Origin: Selenomonas ruminantium
Lineage (GTDB): Bacteria; Bacillota; Negativicutes; Selenomonadales; Selenomonadaceae
Direction: 5' to 3'
Length of the DNA: 64,000 nt
Assembly: GCA_002373045.1 (NCBI GenBank)
Contig: DFHU01000022.1
Location: 8,077-72,076, forward strand
Part shown: piece after piece, positions 48,076 through 58,055 of the stretch
Layout of the letters: each line of letters opens with the position of its first letter
How positions within the stretch are numbered: the stretch's first letter is position 1
The notes under the pieces: model-generated
The model's database searches: none
What the model was told of the DNA's origin: nothing
Seen by the model: the letters and a program-made list of their open reading frames with translations, nothing else
Position numbers and translations under genes: made by a program

Positions 48076-49251
48076 GTGATAAGGGAGATTGATATAGTGA
48101 AATTCTGGCATAAGATAGCGTCGCTGTTCATGGTGGCCTGCCTGCTCACGATACAGCTGCCAATTGCAGCAGGAGAAGGCGGTGAACCGGAGATTACGGC
48201 GCAGGCGGCGATTATCGTGGAGGCTTCGACGGGGCGTGTGGTTTGGGAGAAAAATGCCGATGAACGCCTGTATCCTGCCAGCATGACCAAGATGATGACC
48301 GGCATACTGGCTTTGGAACAGATGAATATGCGCTCGCAGATTCTCATGTCGCCGGAGGCTGCCTATACGGAATCCTCGCCTATAGGTGTACTGCCGGGCG
48401 AGACCATCCGTACGGATGAACTGCTGAACGGTATGCTTATGGAATCCGACAATGGTGCAGCCGTGGCGCTCGGTGAGGCTATGGCTGGCAGCGTATCTGC
48501 CTTTGCCAAGATGATGAACGGCAAGGCTGAGGAACTGGGCATGCAGGATACGCATTTTGTCAATCCCAATGGACTGACAGCAGAGGGCCATTATTCCACG
48601 GCTAGGGATATGGCAAAATTGGCCTGCTATGCCATGAAAAATCCGGATTTCCGCAAGATTGTCGGGCAGGAACAGCGGACGATTTACTGGACCTCTCCTG
48701 GAAGCAAGACCTTTAAGGCACATAATACCAATAAACTGTTGGGCAAGTATGAGGGCATGACCGGCATCAAGACCGGCTGGACCAATGCCGCTGGTGGCTG
48801 TCTGGCCGCCGGTGCCCGCCGTCATGGCGTGGAACTCATTGTCGTGCTGATGAAGACACCTACGCCGGATGACCGCTTTAAGGATGCAGAAAAGCTTTTG
48901 GATTATGGCTTCGACCATGTGAAGATGACAAAAGCGCTCTCCAAGGACAGGACCCCGCGCAAGGTATGGGTAGCGAATGGTGTACAGGCATCTGCCCAGC
49001 TTTATCCTGAACGGGATATCGAATACCCGCTGATTAACGGCGAGGATAAGAGCAAGTATTCGCTGGCCTATGATGTGCCCAAGGTTGTGTCCGCACCGTT
49101 AAAGGCGGGGGCGCAAGTGGGGAAGATTGAAATCCTGTATAACGGACAGGAAGTGGATCAGGTACCTTTGCTCACCGAGGGGGTAAACAGTGGCTTTAGT
49201 ATGGGCTCCTGGCTGGTGAATACGTTTTCTTGGTTCATCAAGTTAATATAA
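48076..49251 (+). CDS. dacA: D-alanyl-D-alanine carboxypeptidase (S11)
   Basis: PASMTK, SDN, KTG motifs. Confidence 0.9.
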   Translation: MIREIDIVKFWHKIASLFMVACLLTIQLPIAAGEGGEPEITAQAAIIVEASTGRVVWEKNADERLYPASMTKMMTGILALEQMNMRSQILMSPEAAYTESSPIGVLPGETIRTDELLNGMLMESDNGAAVALGEAMAGSVSAFAKMMNGKAEELGMQDTHFVNPNGLTAEGHYSTARDMAKLACYAMKNPDFRKIVGQEQRTIYWTSPGSKTFKAHNTNKLLGKYEGMTGIKTGWTNAAGGCLAAGARRHGVELIVVLMKTPTPDDRFKDAEKLLDYGFDHVKMTKALSKDRTPRKVWVANGVQASAQLYPERDIEYPLINGEDKSKYSLAYDVPKVVSAPLKAGAQVGKIEILYNGQEVDQVPLLTEGVNSGFSMGSWLVNTFSWFIKLI

Positions 49252-49357
49252 GATAAAAAGGATAAGCCTTTCAGGGATTTTGAACCCCCTGGGGGGCTTA
49301 AATTTTTGGAGAAAAGGGGCTAAACTATTGTATAGATATTGGAAATGGGACAGGTGA

Positions 49358-50119
49358 ATGATGATGAAACATAATGTACAACCTAAGTTGTCAGCGTATG
49401 AACAGGAACATCAGCTGAATGCACAGATAGAAGCTTATTGGGACGAGCGCAGCCGTGATTTCAGCAAGCTGCGGCAAAAGGAGCTGAGCGGCCCTTGTGC
49501 GGCTGCCTGGCAGGCATATCTGCAGGAGAAACTGTCTGCCGCTGCGCCCTTGAAGATACTGGATATTGGTACAGGTGCAGGCTTCTTTGCCATTTTGCTC
49601 GCACAGCTGGGGCATAAGGTAACGGGCATTGATATGTCCGCGGATATGCTCCATCAGGCCAAGCAAAATGTTCTGGCTGCCGGTTGCTCAGCGGAATTTC
49701 GCAAGATGAATGCGCAGGAACTGGATTTTGCCGATGAAACCTTCGATGTGGTCATCAGCCGTAACCTCACCTGGACTCTGCCGGATGTTATGCAGGCTTA
49801 TCGCGAGTGGCAGCGGGTGCTGAAAAAAGGCGGCAAGCTCTTGAATTTCGATTCCGACTATGGCCTTGTGACCTTTTCCCGCAAGGAAGACCAGGCCGAT
49901 GTTCACGCCAATATCCGGCAGGAACTGGTTACGGAATGCAACGATATAAAAGACGAACTGCGCATTAGCACCCATCGCCGTCCTCAATGGGACGCCCAGT
50001 TCTTGTGTGATTTGGGCATGCAGGTAACGGTAGAAGAAGAAATCGCACCCAAAGTTCGCACGGACAAGAATATGCAGTTTGATACCCTCCCGCTGTTTGC
50101 TATTATAGCCAGCAAATAA
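49358..50119 (+). CDS. Class I SAM-dependent methyltransferase
   Basis: ILDIGTGAG, FDVVISRNLTW. Confidence 0.9.
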   Translation: MMMKHNVQPKLSAYEQEHQLNAQIEAYWDERSRDFSKLRQKELSGPCAAAWQAYLQEKLSAAAPLKILDIGTGAGFFAILLAQLGHKVTGIDMSADMLHQAKQNVLAAGCSAEFRKMNAQELDFADETFDVVISRNLTWTLPDVMQAYREWQRVLKKGGKLLNFDSDYGLVTFSRKEDQADVHANIRQELVTECNDIKDELRISTHRRPQWDAQFLCDLGMQVTVEEEIAPKVRTDKNMQFDTLPLFAIIASK

Positions 50120-50191
50120 GCGCGAATAAAAAATCAGCAAAACAACAAAAGTAGCATAAAGCACGCAAAGATAATAAAAGGTACGCAAAAA

Positions 50192-50266
50192 GCCCGGTGG
50201 CCGGTGATACCTTTCCGCAGCGTTTGACAAGCTTGCGCGAAGGAAAGATATCACCGGCCACCGGGC
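50192..50266 (-). repeat. 25-bp-stem hairpin (terminator, sRNA or REP-like)
   Basis: Arms 50192-50216 and 50242-50266, one mismatch that is G-U on minus strand; U tract follows. Confidence 0.7.
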
Positions 50267-50298
50267 GTCTTAGCACCAAGATGTAAGCAATACTATAA

Positions 50299-51615
50299 CT
50301 ATTCAGTTGCTACAACCGTTTCTTCAGCACTCTTTTTAGTAATCATAATTTTATCAATGCGCGCCCCATCCATATCCACAACTTCAAAGGTGAAGTCCTG
50401 CCAGTCAATGCGCTCGCCGGCCTTGGGGATATAGCCAAAGTAGGAGGTCAAAAAGCCGCCCATAGTCTGGTAGTGGTCATGGTCTTCATCGGGAAGTTCC
50501 TCGATGGAGAATTTCGCCTTGAAATCGTCAATGTCGTAAAGACCGTCCACCAGCCAGCTGTTTTCGTCACGGACGGTGAGCTGCGCGGTTTCTTCCTCGT
50601 GGGCGGCAAAGGATTCGCCTGCAATTTCCTGCAGGATATCGTCCATGGTCAAAAAGCCGATAACTCCGCCGTATTCGTCGAGTACCATCGCTTCATGAAT
50701 GCCTGTAGTGCGGAACTGCTTCAACACGCGGAAGGTTTCCATGGAGCGGGGGATAAAGAGGGGCTTGCGGATATACTGGGATAAATCCAACACCTCATGG
50801 GCCAGGGTGGCATTGAGTAAATCCTTGGCATAGAGGACGCCGCAGAAATCATCGAGACTATCCCTTCCTACAGGGAAAATATCCTGCGGCGTTTCCCGGA
50901 TAAGCCGCATATTTTCCCAGAGAGAATCGGCTAAGTCGAGCCAGAGCATTTGGGTGCGGGGCGTCATCAGAGCGTAGGCCGTTTGGTCACTGAGGTGGAA
51001 AATCTTGTCCACCATGGCCTGCTCGGTCTTTTCAAAGGTGCCATCTTCCGTACCCTGCTCAATTAAGTCCTTGACTTCATCTTCCGTTACGGTATCGGCA
51101 GCATGGGGATTGATGCCAAAGATTAAGAGAATCATATTGGCTGCCCCGGAGAGCAGGGAAACAAAGGGGCGGGTAACTCTGGCCAATAGCCGCATAATGC
51201 CGTGATATTTCAGCAGCATAGCCTCCGGCTTTTGCAAGGCGGTCTTCTTGGGCAGAAATTCGCCGAGCAGCAGGGCCAGGCAGGTAATAACGAGCACGCT
51301 GATTACGAGCGATAATGTTTGCGCATGGGGAATCGGCAAAAGCTTTGCAGCCATAGGGGCGAGCAGTACGCCCGTGCAGACACCGATTAAGATGCTGCTC
51401 ATGGTAATGCCAATTTGGGACAGGGAAAGCATACGGTCATCCTGCTCCAACAGCTCAAGCACCTTTTCAGCATCGGCATTGCCGTCCTCTTGCATTTTTT
51501 CCAATTTACTGTGGTGACTTTCAGCAATGGCCGTTTCCATCAGGGAAAAGAAGCCGAGCGTCAACAGCAGAACAATCATCAATACCAATAATAAACCTGT
51601 GTCAGAACTATCCAA
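50299..51615 (-). CDS. HlyC/CorC family (DUF21-CBS-CorC) membrane protein
   Basis: GEFLPK, MTPRT, VLDEYGG, MDGARIDKI. Confidence 0.92.
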   Translation of the reverse strand: MDSSDTGLLLVLMIVLLLTLGFFSLMETAIAESHHSKLEKMQEDGNADAEKVLELLEQDDRMLSLSQIGITMSSILIGVCTGVLLAPMAAKLLPIPHAQTLSLVISVLVITCLALLLGEFLPKKTALQKPEAMLLKYHGIMRLLARVTRPFVSLLSGAANMILLIFGINPHAADTVTEDEVKDLIEQGTEDGTFEKTEQAMVDKIFHLSDQTAYALMTPRTQMLWLDLADSLWENMRLIRETPQDIFPVGRDSLDDFCGVLYAKDLLNATLAHEVLDLSQYIRKPLFIPRSMETFRVLKQFRTTGIHEAMVLDEYGGVIGFLTMDDILQEIAGESFAAHEEETAQLTVRDENSWLVDGLYDIDDFKAKFSIEELPDEDHDHYQTMGGFLTSYFGYIPKAGERIDWQDFTFEVVDMDGARIDKIMITKKSAEETVVATE

Positions 51616-51687
51616 CGAAAAATCACATCCTTAAAGTAGAAAAGTATATTAGTAATATTTTACCATAGGCAACAGGAAAAACCAATA

Positions 51688-53253
51688 TTAAGTTTGTGAT
51701 GGCGTAAGCCGGATTACCTGGGAAAAGCGGGATAGCTGCGGTAAATCATGCGTGATGATGATTACGGTCTGTCCGGTCTGGTCAGCCCGCTTTAAGATGG
51801 CGTCCAATAGCTTATTGGCTTTGGAAAGGTCAAGGCCTGCGGTGGGTTCATCAAAGAGGAGCACCGGGGCAGAACTGGCCAGGATAAGGGCGCTGGCCAA
51901 ACGATTGCGCTCACCGCCGGAAAGATGGCAGGCATTTTCACCTAAGGGGGTATCGAGCCCCTGCGGAAGTTTTTGCCAGACCGCTGTGAGCTGTGCTGCT
52001 TGCAGGGCTTGTTGTATTTCTTCTGCGGTGATGGCGGGATGGAGTCTGAGAAAGTTTTCTCTTATGGAACCGGCAAACAGGAAACTTCCCTGCGGAATTG
52101 TGCAGATAAAGGGCCGGACAGCGGAGCCATAATGGATACTTCCCTTTGTGGGTGCCCAAAGCCCGGCCAGCAGACAGGCCAGTGTAGTCTTGCCGCTGCC
52201 GCTGTCCCCGACAATCGCCGTATGACAGCCGGGCGAAAGTGAAAAATTAAGCGCGGAAAAGACGGGCAGCCCTTGGGGATAATGAAATTCCAAAGCGGAA
52301 ACCGTGAGCAGATTATGAACATCCGGGGAATTGGTGCTGGTAGAAGTGTCTGCTGAATGGGGAGACAGCCAACCAGCGGCGTGCTGTGCCTGACGGAAAT
52401 GGCGGGCGGCTGCGGGCAGGGCGGCAAATTCATTCAGGAGAGCTAAAAGCACCAGTAAATAGGTACAGAGGCGGATACCATCCAGCTGCTTTTGCTGTAG
52501 TGCTGTGAGCAGCAGAATAAAGAGCCAAAGAAACGCGAAAATACGCAGCAGGCCCAGAAGAAAATCAATCCGGTTCGTGCGTGTCTTATCGCGAGATAAA
52601 TTCTTCTGCCAATGTTTAGCAGTTTGGTCAAGTTGGGTGACTGCAATATTCAGACTGCCGGCCCGTGACAGCTCATGACTGCCCTGGGCAAAGTCCAATA
52701 GCTGACTGCGGTAGTGGTTGCTGTTCGATTGTTGCGGGCTTATCCAAAGGGGCAGGCAGTGGCTCAGGTAAAGAATGGGCAGGATAAAGATACCGTAAGA
52801 CAGATAGGGACTGAGCAAAAGTGTTACGAGCAGTACAGCCAACAGAAGCGTCAGGGGCGGCAGCAGTCCGCGCAGCAGAAAATCCCGCAGGATATCGGCA
52901 CCCGTCAACATATCGTGAAGCAGCGTGCCTTTCGTTTTGGCTGCCTGGGGAAAGCTGGTAAGGTGGCTGGCGATATCGTAAAGGCGCAGGCGCAGCGCCG
53001 CTAAGACCGCGAAGGCACTTTTATGGGTGAAATAGCGCTCGCCATAACGCAGCAATGCCCGGCCAATGCCCAAGGCACGCACAGCGGTTATGCCTAAAGT
53101 CAGCGCATATAAGGGGGGCTGCAGGGCGGCAGAACTGATTAGCCAGGCGGCTGCTCCCAGCAAGCCGAGGTTGGACAGTAAAGCCAACAGGCTGAGCAGC
53201 AGGAGCAGCAGAATATCCAGCGGGCGGAGCAGTGACCATATTTCCTTTAACAT
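51688..53253 (-). CDS. cydC: CydC-like ABC exporter subunit
   Basis: VRALGIGRALLRYGER..H; GDSGSGKT; LSGGE; FDEPT. Confidence 0.85.
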   Translation of the reverse strand: MLKEIWSLLRPLDILLLLLLSLLALLSNLGLLGAAAWLISSAALQPPLYALTLGITAVRALGIGRALLRYGERYFTHKSAFAVLAALRLRLYDIASHLTSFPQAAKTKGTLLHDMLTGADILRDFLLRGLLPPLTLLLAVLLVTLLLSPYLSYGIFILPILYLSHCLPLWISPQQSNSNHYRSQLLDFAQGSHELSRAGSLNIAVTQLDQTAKHWQKNLSRDKTRTNRIDFLLGLLRIFAFLWLFILLLTALQQKQLDGIRLCTYLLVLLALLNEFAALPAAARHFRQAQHAAGWLSPHSADTSTSTNSPDVHNLLTVSALEFHYPQGLPVFSALNFSLSPGCHTAIVGDSGSGKTTLACLLAGLWAPTKGSIHYGSAVRPFICTIPQGSFLFAGSIRENFLRLHPAITAEEIQQALQAAQLTAVWQKLPQGLDTPLGENACHLSGGERNRLASALILASSAPVLLFDEPTAGLDLSKANKLLDAILKRADQTGQTVIIITHDLPQLSRFSQVIRLTPSQT

Positions 53254-54899
53254 GGTACATCCTCCTCTCTGGGCAAGTAAGCGTGTAAATCGACAACATT
53301 ATCGGCAAGCTGCAATACCGCCGGATGGTGGCTGCTGATAATCATGGTGCGGCCTTTGGCGATGACATCCAGCGTGTGGATAATCTTGGCTTCGGTGTGC
53401 TCATCCAAACCGGTAGTCGGTTCGTCCAATAGCATAACGGGGTTATTTTGCAGGATAAGGCGGGCCAGTCCCAGCCGTTTTAACTGCCCTTGGGATAATT
53501 TTTGTCCGCCGTCGCCATAACGGGTGGATAGTCCCTCGGGAAGCTGGTGGTAAAAATCCGCCAATTGCGCTAAACGCAGAGCCTGTAGACAGCGTTCAGG
53601 AGGAGCATCTTGAAAGAGCAGCAGGTTTTCCTGCAGGGTTCCCTGGTAAAGATGTGGTTCCTGCGGAAGATAGCCGATGAGTTTTTGCTGACTGGCAGGA
53701 TGCATGGTATGGAGCAGCTGGTCTTCCAGATAAATACCGCCGTCTGTTGGTGCATAAAGTCCGGCGATAAGCATCAGCAGGGTGGTCTTGCCACAGCCGC
53801 TGCTGCCGGTAAGGACGGTGATTTTTCCCGCAGGCAGGGTCAGATTGAGATTTTGCCATGTGGGGGTATGCCGCTTTGGATAGGTAAAGGACATTTGGCG
53901 GATATGTATGGCTGGCGGAACCGCTAATTTTTCATGGTGCCCATGATGTGGGACGTGGTCGGTTTCAGTCAAGGCCTGCGCGATTTTCGCAGCGGCGGTA
54001 TTGGTATTCATGGCGGTATGAAAGGCGGTACCGCTTTGCCGCAAAGGTTGATAGAATTCCGGCAGCAGCAGGAGCAGGAAAAAGCCGGTGGCAAAGGAAA
54101 GTTCGCCATTTAGCAGGCGCAGGCCAATGGTTACGGCAATCAGGGCGATGGCTAAGGTGGTGATTAACTCCAGGACAAAGCTGGCTAAAAAGGCTTGTTC
54201 CAGTACGTTTAGCGTTGCCGTGGAGAACTGCTGGATAAGCTTTTGGGCGGTGGAACGTTGCGCCTTGTCCTGTTGGAAGATTTTGAGCATGGGCAGGGCC
54301 TGCAGGAGTTCATGAAATCCCTGCGTAAGATTGCGCATAGACTGCCAGGCGACTTCACTGCGTTTTTTGGTCAGACTGCCCAGCAGGTATAGCAGGAAGG
54401 GGGCAATGGGCAGGGTGACGAGGGTGATGGCGGCGGTGATGATATCGTTGCAGGCAAAGACAACCAATAGGAAAGGAAGTGTCGTAAGGAGGGAGATAAG
54501 CGTAGGGAGCAGGATTTGATAATCGTCATCCAGTGTTTCCGTCGTTTCACAGCTCAGGGTCAACAGCTCGGAACTGTCATCGGCGGTCAGCGGATTGGCA
54601 AGCTCCTGTCGATGGAGTTTTTGCCGCACTTGCTGGCGGAAGTCTTGAGACATATTCAGCAGCTGTTGTTTTTGGCGGTAGAGGATGAATTCCCGGCAGA
54701 TAAGCAGGAAAAGCAGCACCAGTAAAACTGGTGCTGCTTCAGCAATCGGTTTTTCCTGTAGAAAAACAGCGTTGACGATATAGGTAAGTGCGCCCATAGC
54801 ACCGGTATAGAGTGCGACATGGACGAGCTGCCCTAAGGAAAGCAGGAGCAGGTTGCGTTTATCTTTTTGTCCATAAAGTTGAAAACGTGCTGGAATCAT
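53247..54899 (-). CDS. cydD: CydD-like ABC exporter subunit
   Basis: AFLASFVLE, LLLLPEFYQPLR..FH; Walker motifs. Confidence 0.87.
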   Translation of the reverse strand: MIPARFQLYGQKDKRNLLLLSLGQLVHVALYTGAMGALTYIVNAVFLQEKPIAEAAPVLLVLLFLLICREFILYRQKQQLLNMSQDFRQQVRQKLHRQELANPLTADDSSELLTLSCETTETLDDDYQILLPTLISLLTTLPFLLVVFACNDIITAAITLVTLPIAPFLLYLLGSLTKKRSEVAWQSMRNLTQGFHELLQALPMLKIFQQDKAQRSTAQKLIQQFSTATLNVLEQAFLASFVLELITTLAIALIAVTIGLRLLNGELSFATGFFLLLLLPEFYQPLRQSGTAFHTAMNTNTAAAKIAQALTETDHVPHHGHHEKLAVPPAIHIRQMSFTYPKRHTPTWQNLNLTLPAGKITVLTGSSGCGKTTLLMLIAGLYAPTDGGIYLEDQLLHTMHPASQQKLIGYLPQEPHLYQGTLQENLLLFQDAPPERCLQALRLAQLADFYHQLPEGLSTRYGDGGQKLSQGQLKRLGLARLILQNNPVMLLDEPTTGLDEHTEAKIIHTLDVIAKGRTMIISSHHPAVLQLADNVVDLHAYLPREEDVPC

Positions 54900-54920
54900 G
54901 GCTGCCTTTCTGTGTGGGAA

Positions 54921-55934
54921 TCAATAATGGGAAACATCACCTGCGGTTACGCGCTTGCGGAAGATGTAGTAGGTCCATATCTGATAGACGAGGACAATGG
55001 GCACGAGTACAAGCGCGGCAACAGTCATAATGGATAAGGTGTACTCCGTGGAAGAGGCGTTGGTGATGGTCAGGCTCCAATCCGGATTAAGGCTCGAAAC
55101 CATAAGACGCGGGAACATACCGGTGAAAAAGCCGATGGTCACGCTGGCAACGGCCAGTGCTCCGAGGATGAAACTCCCTTTGCCCGGTGCCTTCGCAAAG
55201 CGATACAAGCTGGTCAGGAAGAATACCGCTGTGGCGATAAACAGCCCCAAAGCAGCAGGCCGGTTCAGCAAGTCCGTATTTTCCCAGGTCAGGAGCAGGT
55301 AAAATACATAGGCAATTGCGCCACATACACCTGCACATTTGCCTAAAGCTTGTACGCGGTAGAGCAGGCCCTTATCCATCAGTCGCAACTGCAGGAAGGC
55401 GGCGCCATGATAGGCAAAGACCAGTACAAAGACCAGCCCGCCCAGGATGGAATAGAGGTTCAATAAATCGAGGAAATTTCCCTGATAAACCATATTGGCA
55501 CCGATGGGGAGCCCTGCGGCCAAATCCGTCACGGCTACACCCCAGAGAAAAGCGGGGACAATGCTGCCGATAAAGATGGCGGCATCCCACGTTTTCTGCC
55601 AGCAGGGGCATTTTTCCTTGGTGCGCAGTTCAAAGGCTACGCCACGGAGAATCAGGGCGACGAGCATTAGGAACAGCGCCAGATAAAAGGTGCTGAACAT
55701 GGTAGCATACACATGAGGAAAGGCGGCAAACAGGGCACCGCCGGCGGTAATCATCCATACTTCGTTGCCGTCCCATACTGGGCCGATGGTGCGCAGGATA
55801 AGGCCGCGGTCTTCTTCGCGTTTGCTCACAAAGGGCGCAAGCATACCTACGCCGTAGTCAAATCCCTCCAAAAAGAAGAATCCCGTAAAGAGTACGGTGA
55901 TTAGGATAAACCAAATCATCTGATAATCCATCAT
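54921..55934 (-). CDS. cydB: Cytochrome bd oxidase subunit II
   Basis: LEGFDYGVG, IGPVWDGNEVW. Confidence 0.97.
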   Translation of the reverse strand: MMDYQMIWFILITVLFTGFFFLEGFDYGVGMLAPFVSKREEDRGLILRTIGPVWDGNEVWMITAGGALFAAFPHVYATMFSTFYLALFLMLVALILRGVAFELRTKEKCPCWQKTWDAAIFIGSIVPAFLWGVAVTDLAAGLPIGANMVYQGNFLDLLNLYSILGGLVFVLVFAYHGAAFLQLRLMDKGLLYRVQALGKCAGVCGAIAYVFYLLLTWENTDLLNRPAALGLFIATAVFFLTSLYRFAKAPGKGSFILGALAVASVTIGFFTGMFPRLMVSSLNPDWSLTITNASSTEYTLSIMTVAALVLVPIVLVYQIWTYYIFRKRVTAGDVSHY

Positions 55935-57307
55935 GCGTCCCTCCCTTCATGCGTGTTCTGCGGAATAGAGGTATTTTTGATATAGCGCACAGCCACATAG
56001 AGGGCAGCGATAATCAGCAGCAGGTAGAGCAGGGTAAAGCCTGCCATGGTCAGGAATACTTCCATACCCGTAAGATTCGGGGATACTGCGTCAGCGGTCT
56101 TTTGCAGGCCGACGACAATCCAGGGCTGACGGCCGCCTTCTGCGATAAACCAGCCGGCTGTATTGGCCAGGAAGGGCAGAGGCAGTGTCAGCGGCAGAAG
56201 TTTCAGCAGGCAGGGATATTTATCCAAGCGGTTCAGGTGTGAAAGTGCACCTACGGCAAAGGCAATGAGCAATATTGCACCGCCGCAGCCGACCATAATG
56301 CGGAAACTCCAGAACAGGCCAAATACATCGGGACGATAATCACCATTGCCGTATTTAGCCACCATTTCAGCATTCACGGTGTTAATGCCCTTGACTTCTC
56401 CTTCCGGCTTATTGTAGAGCATCAGGGAGAACAGGAAGGGAATCTTGATTTCGCAGGCGTTTTGGTTATGCTCCTGGTCGATAACCGCCATTACGGCAAA
56501 GGGCGCAGGATTGGCATTTTCCCAAAGTGCTTCCATCGAAGCCAATTTCATGGGATTGGCTTCTGCCATGTACTGCGTGTGCATATGGCCGCTGCCCATA
56601 ACGCCCAATACGCCAACAGCAAGATAGATGGCTCCGGCAGTTAATACCTGTTGGAAAACGGCCTTGGACTCTTTGTCATGCACGTATTTCCAGCCTGCTA
56701 CGACGAGCACCAGTACACCGGCGGTGGTGATGCCGGAGAACAGGGCGTGTGAGTATTCCCCAACTACATAGGGATTCGTGACTAACGCGAGAAAATCGTT
56801 CATTTCGGCGCGGCCATTTTGCAGCACATAACCGACCGGATGCTGCATAAAGGAGTTGGCGACGAGAATCCAGAAGGCCGACAAATTACTGCCAATGGCA
56901 ATCAGCCAGGCACAGAGACAATGGATTTTCGGGGACAGCTTGTCCCAGCCAAACATCCAGATGCCCAGGAAGGTGGATTCCAGGAAAAAGGCGGTCAAGG
57001 CCTCCAAGGCTAATGGCGCACCGAAAATATCGCCCATAAAGCGCGAGTATTCGGACCAGTTCATACCGAAGTGAAATTCCTGTACGATACCCGTGACTAC
57101 GCCCATGCTGAAATTAATCAGAAATAACGTGCCGAAGAATTTTACCAGCTGGCGGCAGGGCTCCTTCCAATGGGGGCGCTGGGTACGTACATAGCAGGTT
57201 TCCAGCAGAGCCATCCAGATGGTAAGTCCCAGAGTCAGTGGGACAAACAGAAAATGGTAAATGGTGGTAATGGCAAATTGCCATCGTGACAAAAGTAAAG
57301 CATCCAC
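55931..57307 (-). CDS. cydA: Cytochrome bd oxidase subunit I
   Basis: RWQFAITTIYHFLFVPLT, GRQPW. Confidence 0.97.
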   Translation of the reverse strand: MDALLLSRWQFAITTIYHFLFVPLTLGLTIWMALLETCYVRTQRPHWKEPCRQLVKFFGTLFLINFSMGVVTGIVQEFHFGMNWSEYSRFMGDIFGAPLALEALTAFFLESTFLGIWMFGWDKLSPKIHCLCAWLIAIGSNLSAFWILVANSFMQHPVGYVLQNGRAEMNDFLALVTNPYVVGEYSHALFSGITTAGVLVLVVAGWKYVHDKESKAVFQQVLTAGAIYLAVGVLGVMGSGHMHTQYMAEANPMKLASMEALWENANPAPFAVMAVIDQEHNQNACEIKIPFLFSLMLYNKPEGEVKGINTVNAEMVAKYGNGDYRPDVFGLFWSFRIMVGCGGAILLIAFAVGALSHLNRLDKYPCLLKLLPLTLPLPFLANTAGWFIAEGGRQPWIVVGLQKTADAVSPNLTGMEVFLTMAGFTLLYLLLIIAALYVAVRYIKNTSIPQNTHEGRDA

Positions 57308-57340
57308 ATAAATCCCTCCTTTTTCTATAGATAAATCCTT

Positions 57341-57499
57341 AGGAACTGTTCATAAATAAATTTTAGATTTGACTTGTCTAAATCTCCCTTTACGTCGTTG
57401 TCGTCAGTCGCCATAGCCACTGCTATGACTCCTTCCTTCGCCTCGTATATGAAGATTTATCCTGCGTCCCCTCTTAAAATTTATTTATTGCCAATTCCT
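57341..57499. mobile_element. MITE/REP-like element upstream of cydA
   Basis: 25-bp terminal inverted repeats (21/25), internal hairpins, non-coding. Confidence 0.55.
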
Positions 57500-57631
57500 T
57501 AGTGGGAATATTCGTTATATACAGAGAAAATCCCTTTAGCGGGTGAAAAAAGTTATGGCGGGCGGCAGGTATTCGGCAGAAAATCAAGAATATAGCAGAT
57601 TAGGAAGAAAAAATGTATGGAGGGCATGTAT

Positions 57632-57862
57632 ATGAAAGATGTAAAACGGCCAGTTCGTGAGGCTTTGCAGCAGCTGGAGCAGATGAAGATGTTGGAGAGT
57701 AGTTACGCAGAGGTCAATAAGTATCAAAGCCTGATTAACCTCTTTGCCAATCTCAGCTACGCCTGTGAGTTGATGGCCGATGACCTTGGCGAGCAGACGG
57801 GGAAAAGGACGGATGATGTTCTGGCTGAATACTATGAACGCGCTGGAATCGAGGTAGAGTGA
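57632..57862 (+). CDS. Hypothetical protein
   Basis: GGAGG RBS; SigH-like AGGT-17-GAAT upstream. Confidence 0.7.
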   Translation: MKDVKRPVREALQQLEQMKMLESSYAEVNKYQSLINLFANLSYACELMADDLGEQTGKRTDDVLAEYYERAGIEVE

Positions 57863-57988
57863 ATCGTTTTTACTTGGGAAAAAAATCTTCTTTTAGGTTC
57901 ATAGGGAGAGGACACATACCGGATAAGATAGTGGCTTGCCGTAATCTTATCCGGTTTTTGGCGTTAGTTTGCGTATGCGCGATTTCTC

Positions 57989-58019
57989 TTGACTTTAAGT
58001 GCGCTCCAAGTGCTAAAAT
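57989..58019 (+). promoter_or_regulatory. MerR-type promoter (19-bp spacer)
   Basis: TTGACT-19-TAAAAT with imperfect dyad ctttaagtgcgctccaag. Confidence 0.6.
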
Positions 58020-58055
58020 AAATACAGAATAAGAAATTATTGGCAGGAGAAAAGA

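Noticed and set aside
49252-49357. SAM riboswitch upstream of the methyltransferase
   Set aside because: Only a terminator-like hairpin; S-box consensus elements are absent
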